In this document: positions 17,214 through 26,891 of the stretch, piece by piece
How positions within the stretch are numbered: the first letter of the stretch is position 1
Layout: every line of letters starts with the position of its first letter
Origin: a virus
Lineage: Duplodnaviria; Caudoviricetes
Virus record (IMG/VR): IMGVR_UViG_3300039916_000019
Span: 1-41,590 of that record
DNA length: 41,590 nt
Reading direction: 5' to 3' (one strand)
Position numbers and translations under genes: made by a program
The notes under the pieces: model-generated
What the model was told of the DNA's origin: nothing
The model's database searches: none
The model's input: the letters and a program-made list of their open reading frames with translations, nothing else

Positions 17214-17468
17214 TTACAGCTCGATGGTTTTCATTCGCCCGCGCCGCTCGTACATCACCATGGTGACGCCGAGGTCGCGGAGCATGTCCAGTGCGCGCGC
17301 ATGCGTCGCGCGGTCGATTTTGCCGACGGCGCCGTGCACATACACGGTGCTGCTTGTCAGGTGGGTGACCGTGATGATTCCGTCATACGGCCGGCGCGCC
17401 TCGTAGCCGCCAGGAGCGGAGTACGCGCGGATCGTCGAGACCTCGCGGGCCATGTGCAGGTGGGTCAT
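17214..17468 (-). CDS. hypothetical protein
   Basis: 84 aa ORF co-oriented with the head operon. Confidence 0.55.
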   Translation of the reverse strand: MTHLHMAREVSTIRAYSAPGGYEARRPYDGIITVTHLTSSTVYVHGAVGKIDRATHARALDMLRDLGVTMVMYERRGRMKTIEL

Positions 17469-17491
17469 CAGGATCGCCCGGTTGGTTGCGA

Positions 17492-17671
17492 TTACTTCTT
17501 GGCGCGCGGCGACTTAGCCGGCGTACCGTCGGCTGCAGGGCCGGACTCATCGAAAGCGCCCAGTTCGGAAGCAGCGGCTTCCAGCTCGGGCGGGCACTCA
17601 TCGCCAGCCTGGTACTGCACAGGGTAGATTTCGCCGTCCGGGACGCCGAGGAATGGGTGTACGAATTGCAT
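17492..17671 (-). CDS. small post-capsid protein
   Basis: GGAGA RBS; MQFVHPF.G..DGEIYP motif; basic tail. Confidence 0.65.
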   Translation of the reverse strand: MQFVHPFLGVPDGEIYPVQYQAGDECPPELEAAASELGAFDESGPAADGTPAKSPRAKK

Positions 17672-17687
17672 TGCATTCTCCAATTGG

Positions 17688-17711
17688 AAAAGGCCCAACT
17701 TGCGTCGGGCC
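17688..17711 (-). terminator. terminator after the capsid gene
   Basis: GGCCCGAC-GCAA-GTTGGGCC-TTTT. Confidence 0.7.
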
Positions 17712-17729
17712 CTTCCGGTTGCGCCACTG

Positions 17730-18998
17730 TTACGCGGCGACGATCTTCATGAACTTCATGCACTCGGGGTTTTCCAGGCCACCGCCGACGCGCTTCGTGG
17801 TGTAGAACATCACGTAAGGCTTCTTGGTGTACGGGTCGCGCAGCACGCGCACGCCGACGCGGTCGAGGATCTTATAGGCGCGCTTGAAGTCGCCAAAGGC
17901 CACCGCCAGGGAATTCGCCGCTACACCCGGCATGTCCGGAATGTCGGCGATCGCGTACCCTGCCAGGGTCGATGGCTGTCCGGCCTGCAGCGACGGCTGC
18001 CACAGGTAGTTGTTGTCCGAGTCCTTCAGCTTGCGGATCTTCAGCATCGTGTTGCGGTTCATTGCGAATTTTGCGTTGCCCGTGAAAGTCTCCGGCAGCG
18101 CATAGACCAGATCCAGAAGGCCATCGCCAGTGATTGCGCCAGCCGCGCCCGATGGAATCACCTCGATGCCGCCCAGCGGATGCAGGTTGGTACCCCCTGC
18201 TGCGTACGTCAGCAGGCCGCGTGGCTTCTTGACGCCGTCACCCGAGACGAACGCCTTGCCTTCTTGGTAGGCGAATTCGACGTCGACTTCGCCGGCAAGC
18301 CATGCCTCGATATCGATCTCGCTGTCGTCCAGCATCTGCTGTGTAGCGGACGGGTTCGCGTAGAGCTCGCCCCAGCTGTAGCCTTGCTCTTTCAGCTTCG
18401 GGGTATCGGTTTCCGGACGGTCATCGGTCTCGCCGACCCAGCCGGAGGTAGTGCCACGCAGGTTGACGAGCTTTTTATAGCCCGTGCCGCCCACTGCCTG
18501 GACCGAGCACAGCGAGCGCATTGGCGAGACGATGAGCAGTTTGTCGGTGATGGTGCGGTCCCATTCGACCGGCGACGTATAGCCGCCATCTTCGGCAGCG
18601 CCCTTGTTCAGCGCAGCCTGGACATCTCCGCGACGCATGTGCGCCTGGAATGATTCGCTATATTCCTTGTCCTTGAGCGGGCGCGCGCCACTGGCGCCGT
18701 TCATTTCCATGGCCGCCATTTTGGTAGTGGCAGCGTCAACGGCGGCCTGCAGGTCGGAGATATGCTCGTTGATCTGGTCGACCTTCAGGGCCTGCAGCGC
18801 ATCGGATTGACCCTTTTTCAGGGCTACCACTTGCTGGTTGTGCTCGTCCTTGAATGTGGCGAAAGCCTGATTCAGTTGAGCGACCAGCGCCTTGACGTCG
18901 CCTTCAGCGCGCACGCCACTGACAATGCCGCGCGGCGGTTGTTTTGCTGCGACTGCCAACGCTGCGGCTTTCGCCAGCATGACACGGTTCGGTTTCAT
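17730..18998 (-). CDS. major capsid protein (HK97 fold)
   Basis: coiled-coil delta domain, DGGY..P.E, EGKAFVSGDG.KKPRG, FGDF, KRVGGG. Confidence 0.96.
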   Translation of the reverse strand: MKPNRVMLAKAAALAVAAKQPPRGIVSGVRAEGDVKALVAQLNQAFATFKDEHNQQVVALKKGQSDALQALKVDQINEHISDLQAAVDAATTKMAAMEMNGASGARPLKDKEYSESFQAHMRRGDVQAALNKGAAEDGGYTSPVEWDRTITDKLLIVSPMRSLCSVQAVGGTGYKKLVNLRGTTSGWVGETDDRPETDTPKLKEQGYSWGELYANPSATQQMLDDSEIDIEAWLAGEVDVEFAYQEGKAFVSGDGVKKPRGLLTYAAGGTNLHPLGGIEVIPSGAAGAITGDGLLDLVYALPETFTGNAKFAMNRNTMLKIRKLKDSDNNYLWQPSLQAGQPSTLAGYAIADIPDMPGVAANSLAVAFGDFKRAYKILDRVGVRVLRDPYTKKPYVMFYTTKRVGGGLENPECMKFMKIVAA

Positions 18999-19002
18999 TA
19001 AT

Positions 19003-19854
19003 TCATCCTTGCATAGTATTCAATAGGGATTGAAGCGAGGCTTCAACTTCGGTATCGCTGCCAGCGCCCGGCGTGGCATCAAGTCCAGCGGCAGCGCCCG
19101 GCTTGCCGTTGAAGAGTGCGTTGAGCGTCTCGCGGCGCGCGGCCCGGCTGAGTCCGGATTTCGCGAGCGAGGACTCGACGGTGGCCAGCACCTTCATTTG
19201 CTGCGCGGCCTTGGTGTCCTTGGTGATCGCTGCGCGGTCGAGCTTGCCGGTGGCAAAGCCTTTGGCGACCGCATCGTTCGCGCCAATGTACGTTTCCTTG
19301 TCCATCATAGTTTCGATCTCGGACGGCTTGATGCCGGTGCGCGCCGCATAGAGATCGCGCATTGCGAAGTCGAACGGTTCGAGGTAGGCCGATGCCTCGG
19401 CCATGTCGTGACGATTACCGGCCGAGACGACCCATGCGTTATGGATCATCAGGTGCGATCCTTCGCCCATGTTGATCTCATCGCCGGCCATGGCGATTAC
19501 CGATGCGGCCGAGGCAGCGATCCCCATGACGTTGATCGTGACTTTTGCCGAGTGGCCGCGCAACAGGTTGTAGATCGCGACCCCCTCGAAGAAGTCACCG
19601 CCTGGAGAATTCAGGTTGACCACCACGTCTTGGTCGCCGATGCTGCGAAGCGCGGCGCCAATCCGGCGCGCTGTTACACCCTCGCCATCCCAGGTCTGGC
19701 CTATGGGTGCGTACATGCTGATGGTCTGAGCACCCGCATCAGCTGCGGCGCGCACGCCTGGCTCCCAAGCATCCAGTGCATCCTGGCGCAAATCGAACTG
19801 CGCGGCGGCCATGCGGGCGTCGGCCCTGATTTCAGGTAGTTTCAGCAGGGACAT
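19003..19854 (-). CDS. head maturation protease, ClpP-related
   Basis: NLNSPGGD, GIAASAASVIAMAG, LMIHN. Confidence 0.93.
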   Translation of the reverse strand: MSLLKLPEIRADARMAAAQFDLRQDALDAWEPGVRAAADAGAQTISMYAPIGQTWDGEGVTARRIGAALRSIGDQDVVVNLNSPGGDFFEGVAIYNLLRGHSAKVTINVMGIAASAASVIAMAGDEINMGEGSHLMIHNAWVVSAGNRHDMAEASAYLEPFDFAMRDLYAARTGIKPSEIETMMDKETYIGANDAVAKGFATGKLDRAAITKDTKAAQQMKVLATVESSLAKSGLSRAARRETLNALFNGKPGAAAGLDATPGAGSDTEVEASLQSLLNTMQG

Positions 19855-21085
19855 TCGTTTTCCTTGTGAGGGTACTTTGAAGCGAGTCGGCAGCAGGGTC
19901 GTTGGATTTCGGGAGGTCCAGGCGGTCGCGCACTTCGTTAGGTTTCATGAAGGGGGCGCTTCCGCCGGAGCCGAGGGCCTTGGCGAAGAAGTCCGCCTGA
20001 TCCTTCAAAGTGCCACGCAGCAGGGCATGCTCGTTGACCTTGAAGTAGTAGAGCTCGCGCTCCTTTTCCGTCAGGAGCTTCAGCGCGAACTCGTCTTCCC
20101 ATATGTTGAACCAGTGTTGGAGTCCGTATTGAACGAAGAAGATGCCGAGCTGCTCGATTCCAGATCCCCAAGACGTGTCATCCATCATCAGTAGTGGACG
20201 CGGCACTCCGAACGCGCGGGCAATCTCTTCGATCTGATGGTCTCGACTTCCTCCGAGCTCCGAATCTCGTGCGGAATTCGCCCACTTCTCGGCCGTGATG
20301 CCATCCTCCAGAACCATCCATTTATGGGCGTTATTCACGCCGGCGTTACTGGCTTCAAGGCTTTCGCGAATGTTTTTTATCTGCTGCTCGTCCAGCTTTT
20401 TCGGATAGATCAGCGCGCCGCCAGCCATCACGCCGTTCTTAAAGATGCGAGCTGCAGCTTTCTGCGCCTGCAGTGCCAACCCGATCGCTTCTCGTGCTTT
20501 TTTCACGCGCGACAGACCAATCAAGCCATGCTCATCGTCGGCCAAGTCGGCCAGGTGCAGGACGTCGCGCGCTGCCAGCGTGATCACGCCTCCGTCAGGG
20601 CGCCGGTATTCGTACTGAACGGTGAAGTCGTCGTTAAGCTTCGGCGTTACCCTCTTCGGGTCCAGCGGAATGAGCCGTACTGGGGTTGTGCCGCGCCAGA
20701 TGATGCGAGCATAGGCATTGCCGTGCAGGAGAGCGCGCAACTGCATGGTGCTCTTGAACTTGTATGGCCCTTGATATTCGTTCGGCTGGCTCTTGGCCAA
20801 GCGGTAGGCCGGATGCTCCGTCGCGTAGGCCTTTTCATCACCTCGGGCCGTCAAATTCATGGGCAACATACCCATGGACTCCGAAATTATGCTGACGCAG
20901 CGCAGGAGTGCCATGTTTTCCAGCGCCGTCGACGCGGTTACGTACTCACCGCTGGCAGTTTCGCCACCACGCATGAAAGCCGGCAGGTCGGCGCTGGTCA
21001 AGGCAGCTTGCAGCTGCCCGTAGCTCGAACGCGAATGCATCTCTCGCCAGTGCGACGTGGCCGCGAGCGCATCGAATAATTCCAT
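19832..21085 (-). CDS. portal protein (HK97 family)
   Basis: LLHGNAYA, EIARAFGVP, PNEVR; start MELFD. Confidence 0.95.
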   Translation of the reverse strand: MELFDALAATSHWREMHSRSSYGQLQAALTSADLPAFMRGGETASGEYVTASTALENMALLRCVSIISESMGMLPMNLTARGDEKAYATEHPAYRLAKSQPNEYQGPYKFKSTMQLRALLHGNAYARIIWRGTTPVRLIPLDPKRVTPKLNDDFTVQYEYRRPDGGVITLAARDVLHLADLADDEHGLIGLSRVKKAREAIGLALQAQKAAARIFKNGVMAGGALIYPKKLDEQQIKNIRESLEASNAGVNNAHKWMVLEDGITAEKWANSARDSELGGSRDHQIEEIARAFGVPRPLLMMDDTSWGSGIEQLGIFFVQYGLQHWFNIWEDEFALKLLTEKERELYYFKVNEHALLRGTLKDQADFFAKALGSGGSAPFMKPNEVRDRLDLPKSNDPAADSLQSTLTRKTNVPAETT

Positions 21086-21093
21086 GGTGTTCC

Positions 21094-22770
21094 TTAAAAC
21101 ATGAGGATGCCGCGGTCGTTGTAAGCGGATTCTGTTGACGCAGGGTTCAGCGCCATGAGCGATACCGCGTTCAGCATCGCCATCAACGGATCGATCTTCC
21201 CGGTTCCGGACGCTTGTTTGGTGATCAGAACAGCATTTGCACTGGCCACGATTTTGGCGTTGCTCACGCACCAGGCCATGAGCGGCTGTCCGCCGTGGAC
21301 CAGAACTCCTTCAGCAAGCTTTCGCTCAGCCGTCTTGATGGGGCTCGTCAGCTTCCAGCCCTGAGTGACACCGACTATCTTTTCTTCCGGCACACCATTC
21401 ATTTCGAGAGCGTCGAGAATGGCACCGATACCTTGAGGGTCAAGCCCAAGTTTGTCGAGCACGCCGGCCTCGTGGACCATGGCGACGTTTGCTGCGAACT
21501 GGTCAATGTCCTGGCCGATGTGCTGAACCAAGGTCAGATGGCCGTCGCGCGCGAAGTCTTGGAGGCGCGGTGCAATCTCCTTCCTTCGCTCCAGGACGGA
21601 TGGATGAGCCCAGGCATGCGCCCAGCCAAGCCAGCGGCGAGTTTTCTTGCAGCGGCCAATTGCATACTGGCCCAGCAAGTCGTCCAGGCCACCGCCGTCG
21701 CCACCCATCGTGACGACTTCGGACTGCGCGATCAGATCGGAAAGCGAGAACGTGCGATCGAGCACGCCCTGCTGCTCCCACCAGTCCGCGCCGGCCCAGC
21801 GATCAGATCGCAGGTTCATGCCAATTTCAACGTTCGCATGCTTCGCCATGAAGCCTCGAAACGATTCGGGCCCGGCTAACTCCGCCTTGCCGAACTCGCG
21901 CTCCAGAAACGCCTGGTCAACTGAGAATCCGATATTCGGGTTCACCATCGCCATGTTTTCGAGCAACAGGCACGCGCCTGACTCGACCATGTCCATCGGG
22001 TGCTCGAAGATGATTGGCACGAACGCCGGGTCCAGAATCTCGCCATCGCGGACCTTGCGGGCATAGTCCAATTTCTGCTTGAACACGCCGGCCGGGGGCT
22101 CGTCCGATTGCGTCGTCAGCCAGATCACGAACCCCTCGGGCCTTGACGCCAGGCCGCCGAGCGCTTCGCGGAACATGTTCTCGGCGCTCGACATCTTGCC
22201 GAACAGGTGCAACTCGTCGACCAACGTGCCAACGGCCTTCTTGCCGCCGACCGTGTTCTGGTCCGCCGCCAGCACCTTGAGGATTGCGTTGCTCCCCCGG
22301 TGCGTGATGGTTTTCACGTGCGATTGCACGTGCATCAGGTCTTCAAGCTCTTTATCCTTCTGGACCATGTCGCGCGCCGGTGTGTAGGCATTGTTCGCCA
22401 CCTCGACGGTCGGGGCCAGCACCGAGAATTCGGCAGACTGTCGCCAGTTCAAAATCAGCGCGGTCAGCATGATCCCCGCCGCGACGGTGCTCTTGCTGTT
22501 CTTCTTCGGGAGCAGCACGAAAAATTCGACGATCAGGCGCCGGCCGCTCTCGGCATCATAGGCGCCGAAGATGCAGCGAACCAGGTCGAACACCCACTCA
22601 GCGCAGGACTCGCCGAACGTCGGGCTGCCTGGCGCGTCCACGATCTTAAGTTCCTTGAAGATCGCGAGCGCATGCTCGGCCTGTTCCGGGAAGATCGGCG
22701 CGGGAATGATCGATTCGCCCGCGCGCAGTCGCGCCGCCCAGTCAGGGCAGGCAGTTGTCCACTCGGGCAT
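21094..22770 (-). CDS. terL: terminase large subunit
   Basis: PKKNSKST Walker A-like motif, LVDELH Walker B, KIDP nuclease motif. Confidence 0.95.
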   Translation of the reverse strand: MPEWTTACPDWAARLRAGESIIPAPIFPEQAEHALAIFKELKIVDAPGSPTFGESCAEWVFDLVRCIFGAYDAESGRRLIVEFFVLLPKKNSKSTVAAGIMLTALILNWRQSAEFSVLAPTVEVANNAYTPARDMVQKDKELEDLMHVQSHVKTITHRGSNAILKVLAADQNTVGGKKAVGTLVDELHLFGKMSSAENMFREALGGLASRPEGFVIWLTTQSDEPPAGVFKQKLDYARKVRDGEILDPAFVPIIFEHPMDMVESGACLLLENMAMVNPNIGFSVDQAFLEREFGKAELAGPESFRGFMAKHANVEIGMNLRSDRWAGADWWEQQGVLDRTFSLSDLIAQSEVVTMGGDGGGLDDLLGQYAIGRCKKTRRWLGWAHAWAHPSVLERRKEIAPRLQDFARDGHLTLVQHIGQDIDQFAANVAMVHEAGVLDKLGLDPQGIGAILDALEMNGVPEEKIVGVTQGWKLTSPIKTAERKLAEGVLVHGGQPLMAWCVSNAKIVASANAVLITKQASGTGKIDPLMAMLNAVSLMALNPASTESAYNDRGILMF

Positions 22771-23235
22771 TTAGACCTTCTTTCCGCCAGCGGCGACCAG
22801 CTTCGGCGGAGCGGTCTGAGAGAACTTGCCGGCGCCGGCCACCTTGGCCGCGTCATCCTTGAGATCCTTCTTGCCGCCCTCGCCCAGCTTTTTATGCTTG
22901 AACGGCAACATCGCCTTGGCTGCGTCGATCCTCAGCCGCAGATCGGCCGCTGGCTCGTTCATGACTTTGGTGAGAAATTCAACGGGGTCTGCGGTTGGCG
23001 GAATGTCGAATGCGTCGTGAGCTGGGTCTGGCGCCGGCAGCGCCTTCGCGCCGGCGGTTGCGGACGTCTGGCGCCGTTGATCGATGTAGGCTTTAACACC
23101 CGGGTCTTTAACATTTCGAGACCCAGCAGCCGATGCCGTTTTTTCACTAAAGCCGGCACGGATAGCAGCTTCCTTATTGGAGAGCCCGGCCAGAACAGCA
23201 TCGGCGAAGGCTCGCTTTTTGCCTGTTAAAGCCAT
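22771..23235 (-). CDS. terS: terminase small subunit
   Basis: N-terminal HTH (EAAIRAGFSEKTA), abuts terL. Confidence 0.88.
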   Translation of the reverse strand: MALTGKKRAFADAVLAGLSNKEAAIRAGFSEKTASAAGSRNVKDPGVKAYIDQRRQTSATAGAKALPAPDPAHDAFDIPPTADPVEFLTKVMNEPAADLRLRIDAAKAMLPFKHKKLGEGGKKDLKDDAAKVAGAGKFSQTAPPKLVAAGGKKV

Positions 23236-23244
23236 TAACATTTC

Positions 23245-23330
23245 CTCAAAGGGGGATTTTTTCTGCGAATGGGAGGGGACGCGGTGTCGGTCGGGGAGGC
23301 TCCCGTACTTTTCACCCCCCCTATGCCTGT
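23245..23330. other. putative cos (packaging) region
   Basis: non-coding gap between HNH and terS with G6 and A runs, the usual location in HK97-like phages; exact cut site not determinable. Confidence 0.45.
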
Positions 23331-23384
23331 TTTTTAATCAAAGCATTTTTTTATGGTTTGTTTCCTTTTTGCAACGAATCCAAC

Positions 23385-23768
23385 CTACCTAGGCACGAGC
23401 CTGCGCTGCCGCTCCAGCTCCCGCATGAGGCGCAGCACGGCATTGCGGTTGTAGCTGCGAGAGGCGCGTTGGGCTGCTTCCAGCGCGGTCTTTTCCTCGT
23501 GGCAGTCGAAGCAGAGAACGCGCATATTGCCGTCTTCGTTGGTGCCGCCGACTGCGATGCCGGCCCACAGCGGAATGTCGTGATCTACATCGCGCCCATT
23601 GCGGCCACAGTTCTGGCACATACCACAGTCACGCTCTCGGATGCGCTTCCGTTCCATCACGCCGGCATACCCGGTCTTGCGCTGGGCAATGTCACCAGTG
23701 CGTGCGGTCAGCGTGGCCAGGCGCGGCGCGACTGCCTGCAACCTCGGCTTTAGGTTAGTGAGCTTCAT
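23385..23768 (-). CDS. HNH endonuclease (packaging-associated)
   Basis: CQNC, VDHDIPL, N..VLCFDCH..KT. Confidence 0.9.
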   Translation of the reverse strand: MKLTNLKPRLQAVAPRLATLTARTGDIAQRKTGYAGVMERKRIRERDCGMCQNCGRNGRDVDHDIPLWAGIAVGGTNEDGNMRVLCFDCHEEKTALEAAQRASRSYNRNAVLRLMRELERQRRLVPR

Positions 23769-23983
23769 GGCTTGGCTGGCACCAGTGCCGCCACCTCATG
23801 CAGCAGCATGCCCGGTCTGCCGTAGCCCAGCGCCTGCAGGATCTCGGCAGCGCGCTCGGCTTCGACCAGGCGCTGGCAGATGCGGTCCAAGGCGGCAGCA
23901 TCCTCGGCGGTGCAGATCATGGCCGGGCGGTCGCCGGTCGAAGCTCGCATGATCTGGTCACGGTAGCAGCGGGCAGTGCTCAT
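23765..23983 (-). CDS. hypothetical protein
   Basis: MSTARCYRDQ..., ATGA overlap with the HNH start. Confidence 0.55.
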   Translation of the reverse strand: MSTARCYRDQIMRASTGDRPAMICTAEDAAALDRICQRLVEAERAAEILQALGYGRPGMLLHEVAALVPAKP

Positions 23984-24080
23984 GCTGCCGCCCGCGTCCC
24001 GGCCTGTTGACGCTGGCGGTGCACCGTGTAGCGCAACCATGCCAGTTCGTGTTTGACGCTGATTCGCATGACCGACCTCA

Positions 24081-24120
24081 GAAAAAGAAAAGCCGCCCGT
24101 CGCATTGCTGCGAGGGCGGC
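24081..24120 (-). terminator. intrinsic terminator in the late leader
   Basis: GCCGCCC.TCGCA...TGCGA.GGGCGGC followed by TTTTCTTTTT. Confidence 0.7.
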
Positions 24121-24367
24121 GAAAGCCAGCTGCTTGAGCTGACCGAAGAGACTAGGGGTAGCGGCCAGCCCCAAGGCGATCTGCGCAAGTGACCGGCCAA
24201 ATCTAAATGTCCAGCGTTTCAGTTGAGGGAGGTATTAGGTGAAGAAGACAGGTCCGCTCGAAAGACGACCAGAGGGAACTCAGGGATCAAGCTCGTCAAA
24301 CTGAATGTTCAAGTTCGCCGGTCAATTAGAGTCCCACATAATGGTAGAAACCAACCACTGAAAGCCC

Positions 24368-24466
24368 ATGACACAACCAAACATCGATAACATCCATAAG
24401 CTACTTGTTGCCGCAACGCCGTTTTTGTTAGCGCTCGCGGCACTTGTAACGGCGATTAAGGCATAG
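24368..24466 (+). CDS. putative 32-aa hydrophobic peptide
   Basis: MTQPNIDNIHKLLVAATPFLLALAALVTAIKA; GAAAG RBS and CATAAT upstream. Confidence 0.45.
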   Translation: MTQPNIDNIHKLLVAATPFLLALAALVTAIKA

Positions 24467-24549
24467 GGATTGCCGGGTACAGCGTCCGGCGACGCGGCGC
24501 GCCTGAAGTGCACTCGCCTGATCTGGTCGACACCAGATCAAATTTAAAG

Positions 24550-24586
24550 AAAAAAAGCCGCCTATGCACTTGGGCAACGGCGGCTG
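24550..24586 (-). terminator. intrinsic terminator after the moron
   Basis: AGCCGCC...GGCGGCT continuing into a T run on the minus strand. Confidence 0.65.
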
Positions 24587-24633
24587 CGTGACCTGACTGA
24601 GGAGGATCACCAAGTTGATCGTCTTATTCAGTA

Positions 24634-25092
24634 TCAGACTCTTAGCAAAACGTCTACCCTGTCCTGGACCGGCTGATCTAGAAGTTCGCTCGCGCCTGCA
24701 AGAACGCTTCGAGTCGAACTATCGCCAGCATTGAACGAGAAGCTCTTGCCCGTATGCAGGCAATGGAGAGTAAAAACACGACCTTGCCAGCTCAAATCGA
24801 AGCGAACGACTACATGAAAACCAGGCAGATTCTCTTCTTCTGGGTCGGAAAAATGTATCTTCATCGCAAATGGAAGATGTGTCCGGGCCTCAATCTCCGG
24901 GCGACCTTGCAGGAACGCGCCGTCTTTCGACCAAGTGCCTAAATGACAAACCGTCCAATTCTGCCCGCTGATTGACTGCAAGTAACCCGCAAGGTTGTCT
25001 ACAAACTTTTCCATCTCGCTGGCGCGCTCTACTTCCAGCTCAAGCCTTCGGGCCACATCCGTGCGAATCCTGCTGTAAAGCGATGTATCCAT
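24634..25092 (-). CDS. hypothetical protein (moron)
   Basis: GGAGGA RBS before MDTSLYS; lower GC; flanked by terminators. Confidence 0.6.
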   Translation of the reverse strand: MDTSLYSRIRTDVARRLELEVERASEMEKFVDNLAGYLQSISGQNWTVCHLGTWSKDGAFLQGRPEIEARTHLPFAMKIHFSDPEEENLPGFHVVVRFDLSWQGRVFTLHCLHTGKSFSFNAGDSSTRSVLAGASELLDQPVQDRVDVLLRV

Positions 25093-25143
25093 ACATCCTC
25101 CTGTCAAAAGAATGCATTGTAGTAGCTCTATTCCATACCGACC

Positions 25144-25169
25144 AAAAAAAGCCCGCTTTATAGCGGGCT
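25144..25169 (-). terminator. tR'-like terminator
   Basis: GCCCGCT-ATAA-AGCGGGC followed by T7, about 40 nt downstream of the late promoter. Confidence 0.8.
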
Positions 25170-25207
25170 CAACTTTTTTTGGACGCACAGACTCGCCCAG
25201 TGCGTGC

Positions 25208-25236
25208 AGTCTACAAAAAATACAGCCGTGTTGCAA
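25208..25236 (-). promoter_or_regulatory. late promoter pR'-like
   Basis: TTGCAA-17 bp-TAGACT overlapping the end of the Q-like gene. Confidence 0.75.
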
Positions 25237-25639
25237 CGTGTTTCCGTAGCTTGTTTTCCAGTTCGTCGCGCGCCGCAGCGAGCGTAGTGCCGAAGTCGGC
25301 GTTTGGAAACCGCCACGCTGTGGACAACCCTTGGCTCTTATAGATCGTCCAACGGTGCAACGAAGAAAGGCTGTGGACCATTGCGTCTACAGCCTCGCCG
25401 ATCTTCAGGTCGGAAGAGCGCTGCGCCTCGTGAACGTCCTTGCTGGTCAAGCCGTCGCCGGTCAGCTTCATGCCGCCCGCACCCAAGTCGCGGTCGTCGG
25501 AGCGCATGAAGTCGACCCAGCAAGCAAGCAGAAGCGCATAGGGTTCTGGCTTATCAAAAGTCTCTATGGCCACTTGGTCGCGACGAACACGACGGAGGGG
25601 CGATCCGTTAAAGATGCCAAGCATTGCGGTGGCGGACAT
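25211..25639 (-). CDS. putative late antiterminator (Q-like)
   Basis: W..FM N-terminal motif, sigma4-like C-terminus (VDAMVHSL...A...L), and the adjacent pR'/tR' arrangement. Confidence 0.65.
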   Translation of the reverse strand: MSATAMLGIFNGSPLRRVRRDQVAIETFDKPEPYALLLACWVDFMRSDDRDLGAGGMKLTGDGLTSKDVHEAQRSSDLKIGEAVDAMVHSLSSLHRWTIYKSQGLSTAWRFPNADFGTTLAAARDELENKLRKHVATRLYFL

Positions 25640-25863
25640 GGTGTTCTCCTGTGAATAAACCCAGCTATTTTCAGGGTTCCAACAGGAAATTTCTTAATAA
25701 CATCAATAAATATTTTATGTTGTGCTTTAGCTTACACAGTGAAGGCCCTTCTAGACCTACTTGCCAGACTGCCATGTGCTACGATGGCAACTCCGAGTAC
25801 AGTCCTGAGTAATTCGAGCTTTACACTTTGGGCATCTCACACTCACCTCTCATATCGAAAAAG

Positions 25864-26628
25864 ATGCCTTCTAATATCGGCCATAACTGCTTTACCCCAC
25901 CAAGTAACCCTGAAGTAAAAATTTGGAGATACATGGATTTCACCAAGTTTGTATCGATGCTTGAGACGAGTTCCTTGTTCCTCTCGCGAGCAACTGAATT
26001 CGAAGACCCGTACGAGGGTTCGTGGCCACGTGCAAATCGAGATCCTCAAGCATTGCTCAAGATTGGAGTTCCCGAAACTCTCGATTTAAGCGGCATGTCA
26101 GAAATGTCTCGGTCGATGCGCTACTGGACTTACGTCAATTGCTGGCACATGAACGAGCGAGAATCAGCTGCAATGTGGAAGCTTTACGCAAAGACTGATG
26201 AGGCAGTAGCGATTCAATCCACATACACTAGATTACACAACTGTTTGCCTGACAAAAGCTATATTGGAGTAGTGAATTACATCGATTATGAAAATCAGAT
26301 GATTCCGTTCGACAACGTATTCTGGCCTTATACTCATAAGCGCTTATCGTTTGAACACGAAAGAGAGCTACGGGTAATTGAAGTGGATTTTCCTTCCTCA
26401 GCTGCAGTGGCTGCCGCGAAGGCTGCCAATCTACAAACGTCAGACTGGGAAAGAGAAACTCCCAAGGGGAAGCTGATCAATATTGAAATCAAACAGCTAA
26501 TCGAGGCGGTGTACGTTTCGCCTACAGCACCACCATGGTTTTTCGATCTCGTTGAAGCTGTTGTCAACCGTTACAAATGCGGGTTTAACGCTAAACAGTC
26601 CGACATGGCTCGCACTCCAATTTTCTAA
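25864..26628 (+). CDS. DUF2971-like protein (candidate defence moron)
   Basis: IWRYM, F.DPYEG, VNCW...ESAAMWKLY, KR..F.HERE.R; low GC; opposite strand to the operon. Confidence 0.75.
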   Translation: MPSNIGHNCFTPPSNPEVKIWRYMDFTKFVSMLETSSLFLSRATEFEDPYEGSWPRANRDPQALLKIGVPETLDLSGMSEMSRSMRYWTYVNCWHMNERESAAMWKLYAKTDEAVAIQSTYTRLHNCLPDKSYIGVVNYIDYENQMIPFDNVFWPYTHKRLSFEHERELRVIEVDFPSSAAVAAAKAANLQTSDWERETPKGKLINIEIKQLIEAVYVSPTAPPWFFDLVEAVVNRYKCGFNAKQSDMARTPIF

Positions 26629-26891
26629 CCAGACGTTGTCACAGCACGGGCTCAAGATAATTCAAATATTTTGAAACGCCAGGCCATTGGCCACGACGCG
26701 CGCTTTTTTGAGCAAACTCGGCAGGCTTTGGGCAGGTAATCTCAACTGATCGTTAATCAAGCCTAGAGCATAGGTATATGAGCACGATTTGACGCTCGGT
26801 GTCACATTTGTGACATTAAATTGGCTAGCAGATTAGTGACCAAGGTATGCTAAGCGGCTACGCTAGGCCGCTAAATATAGTCGAAGGTAAA

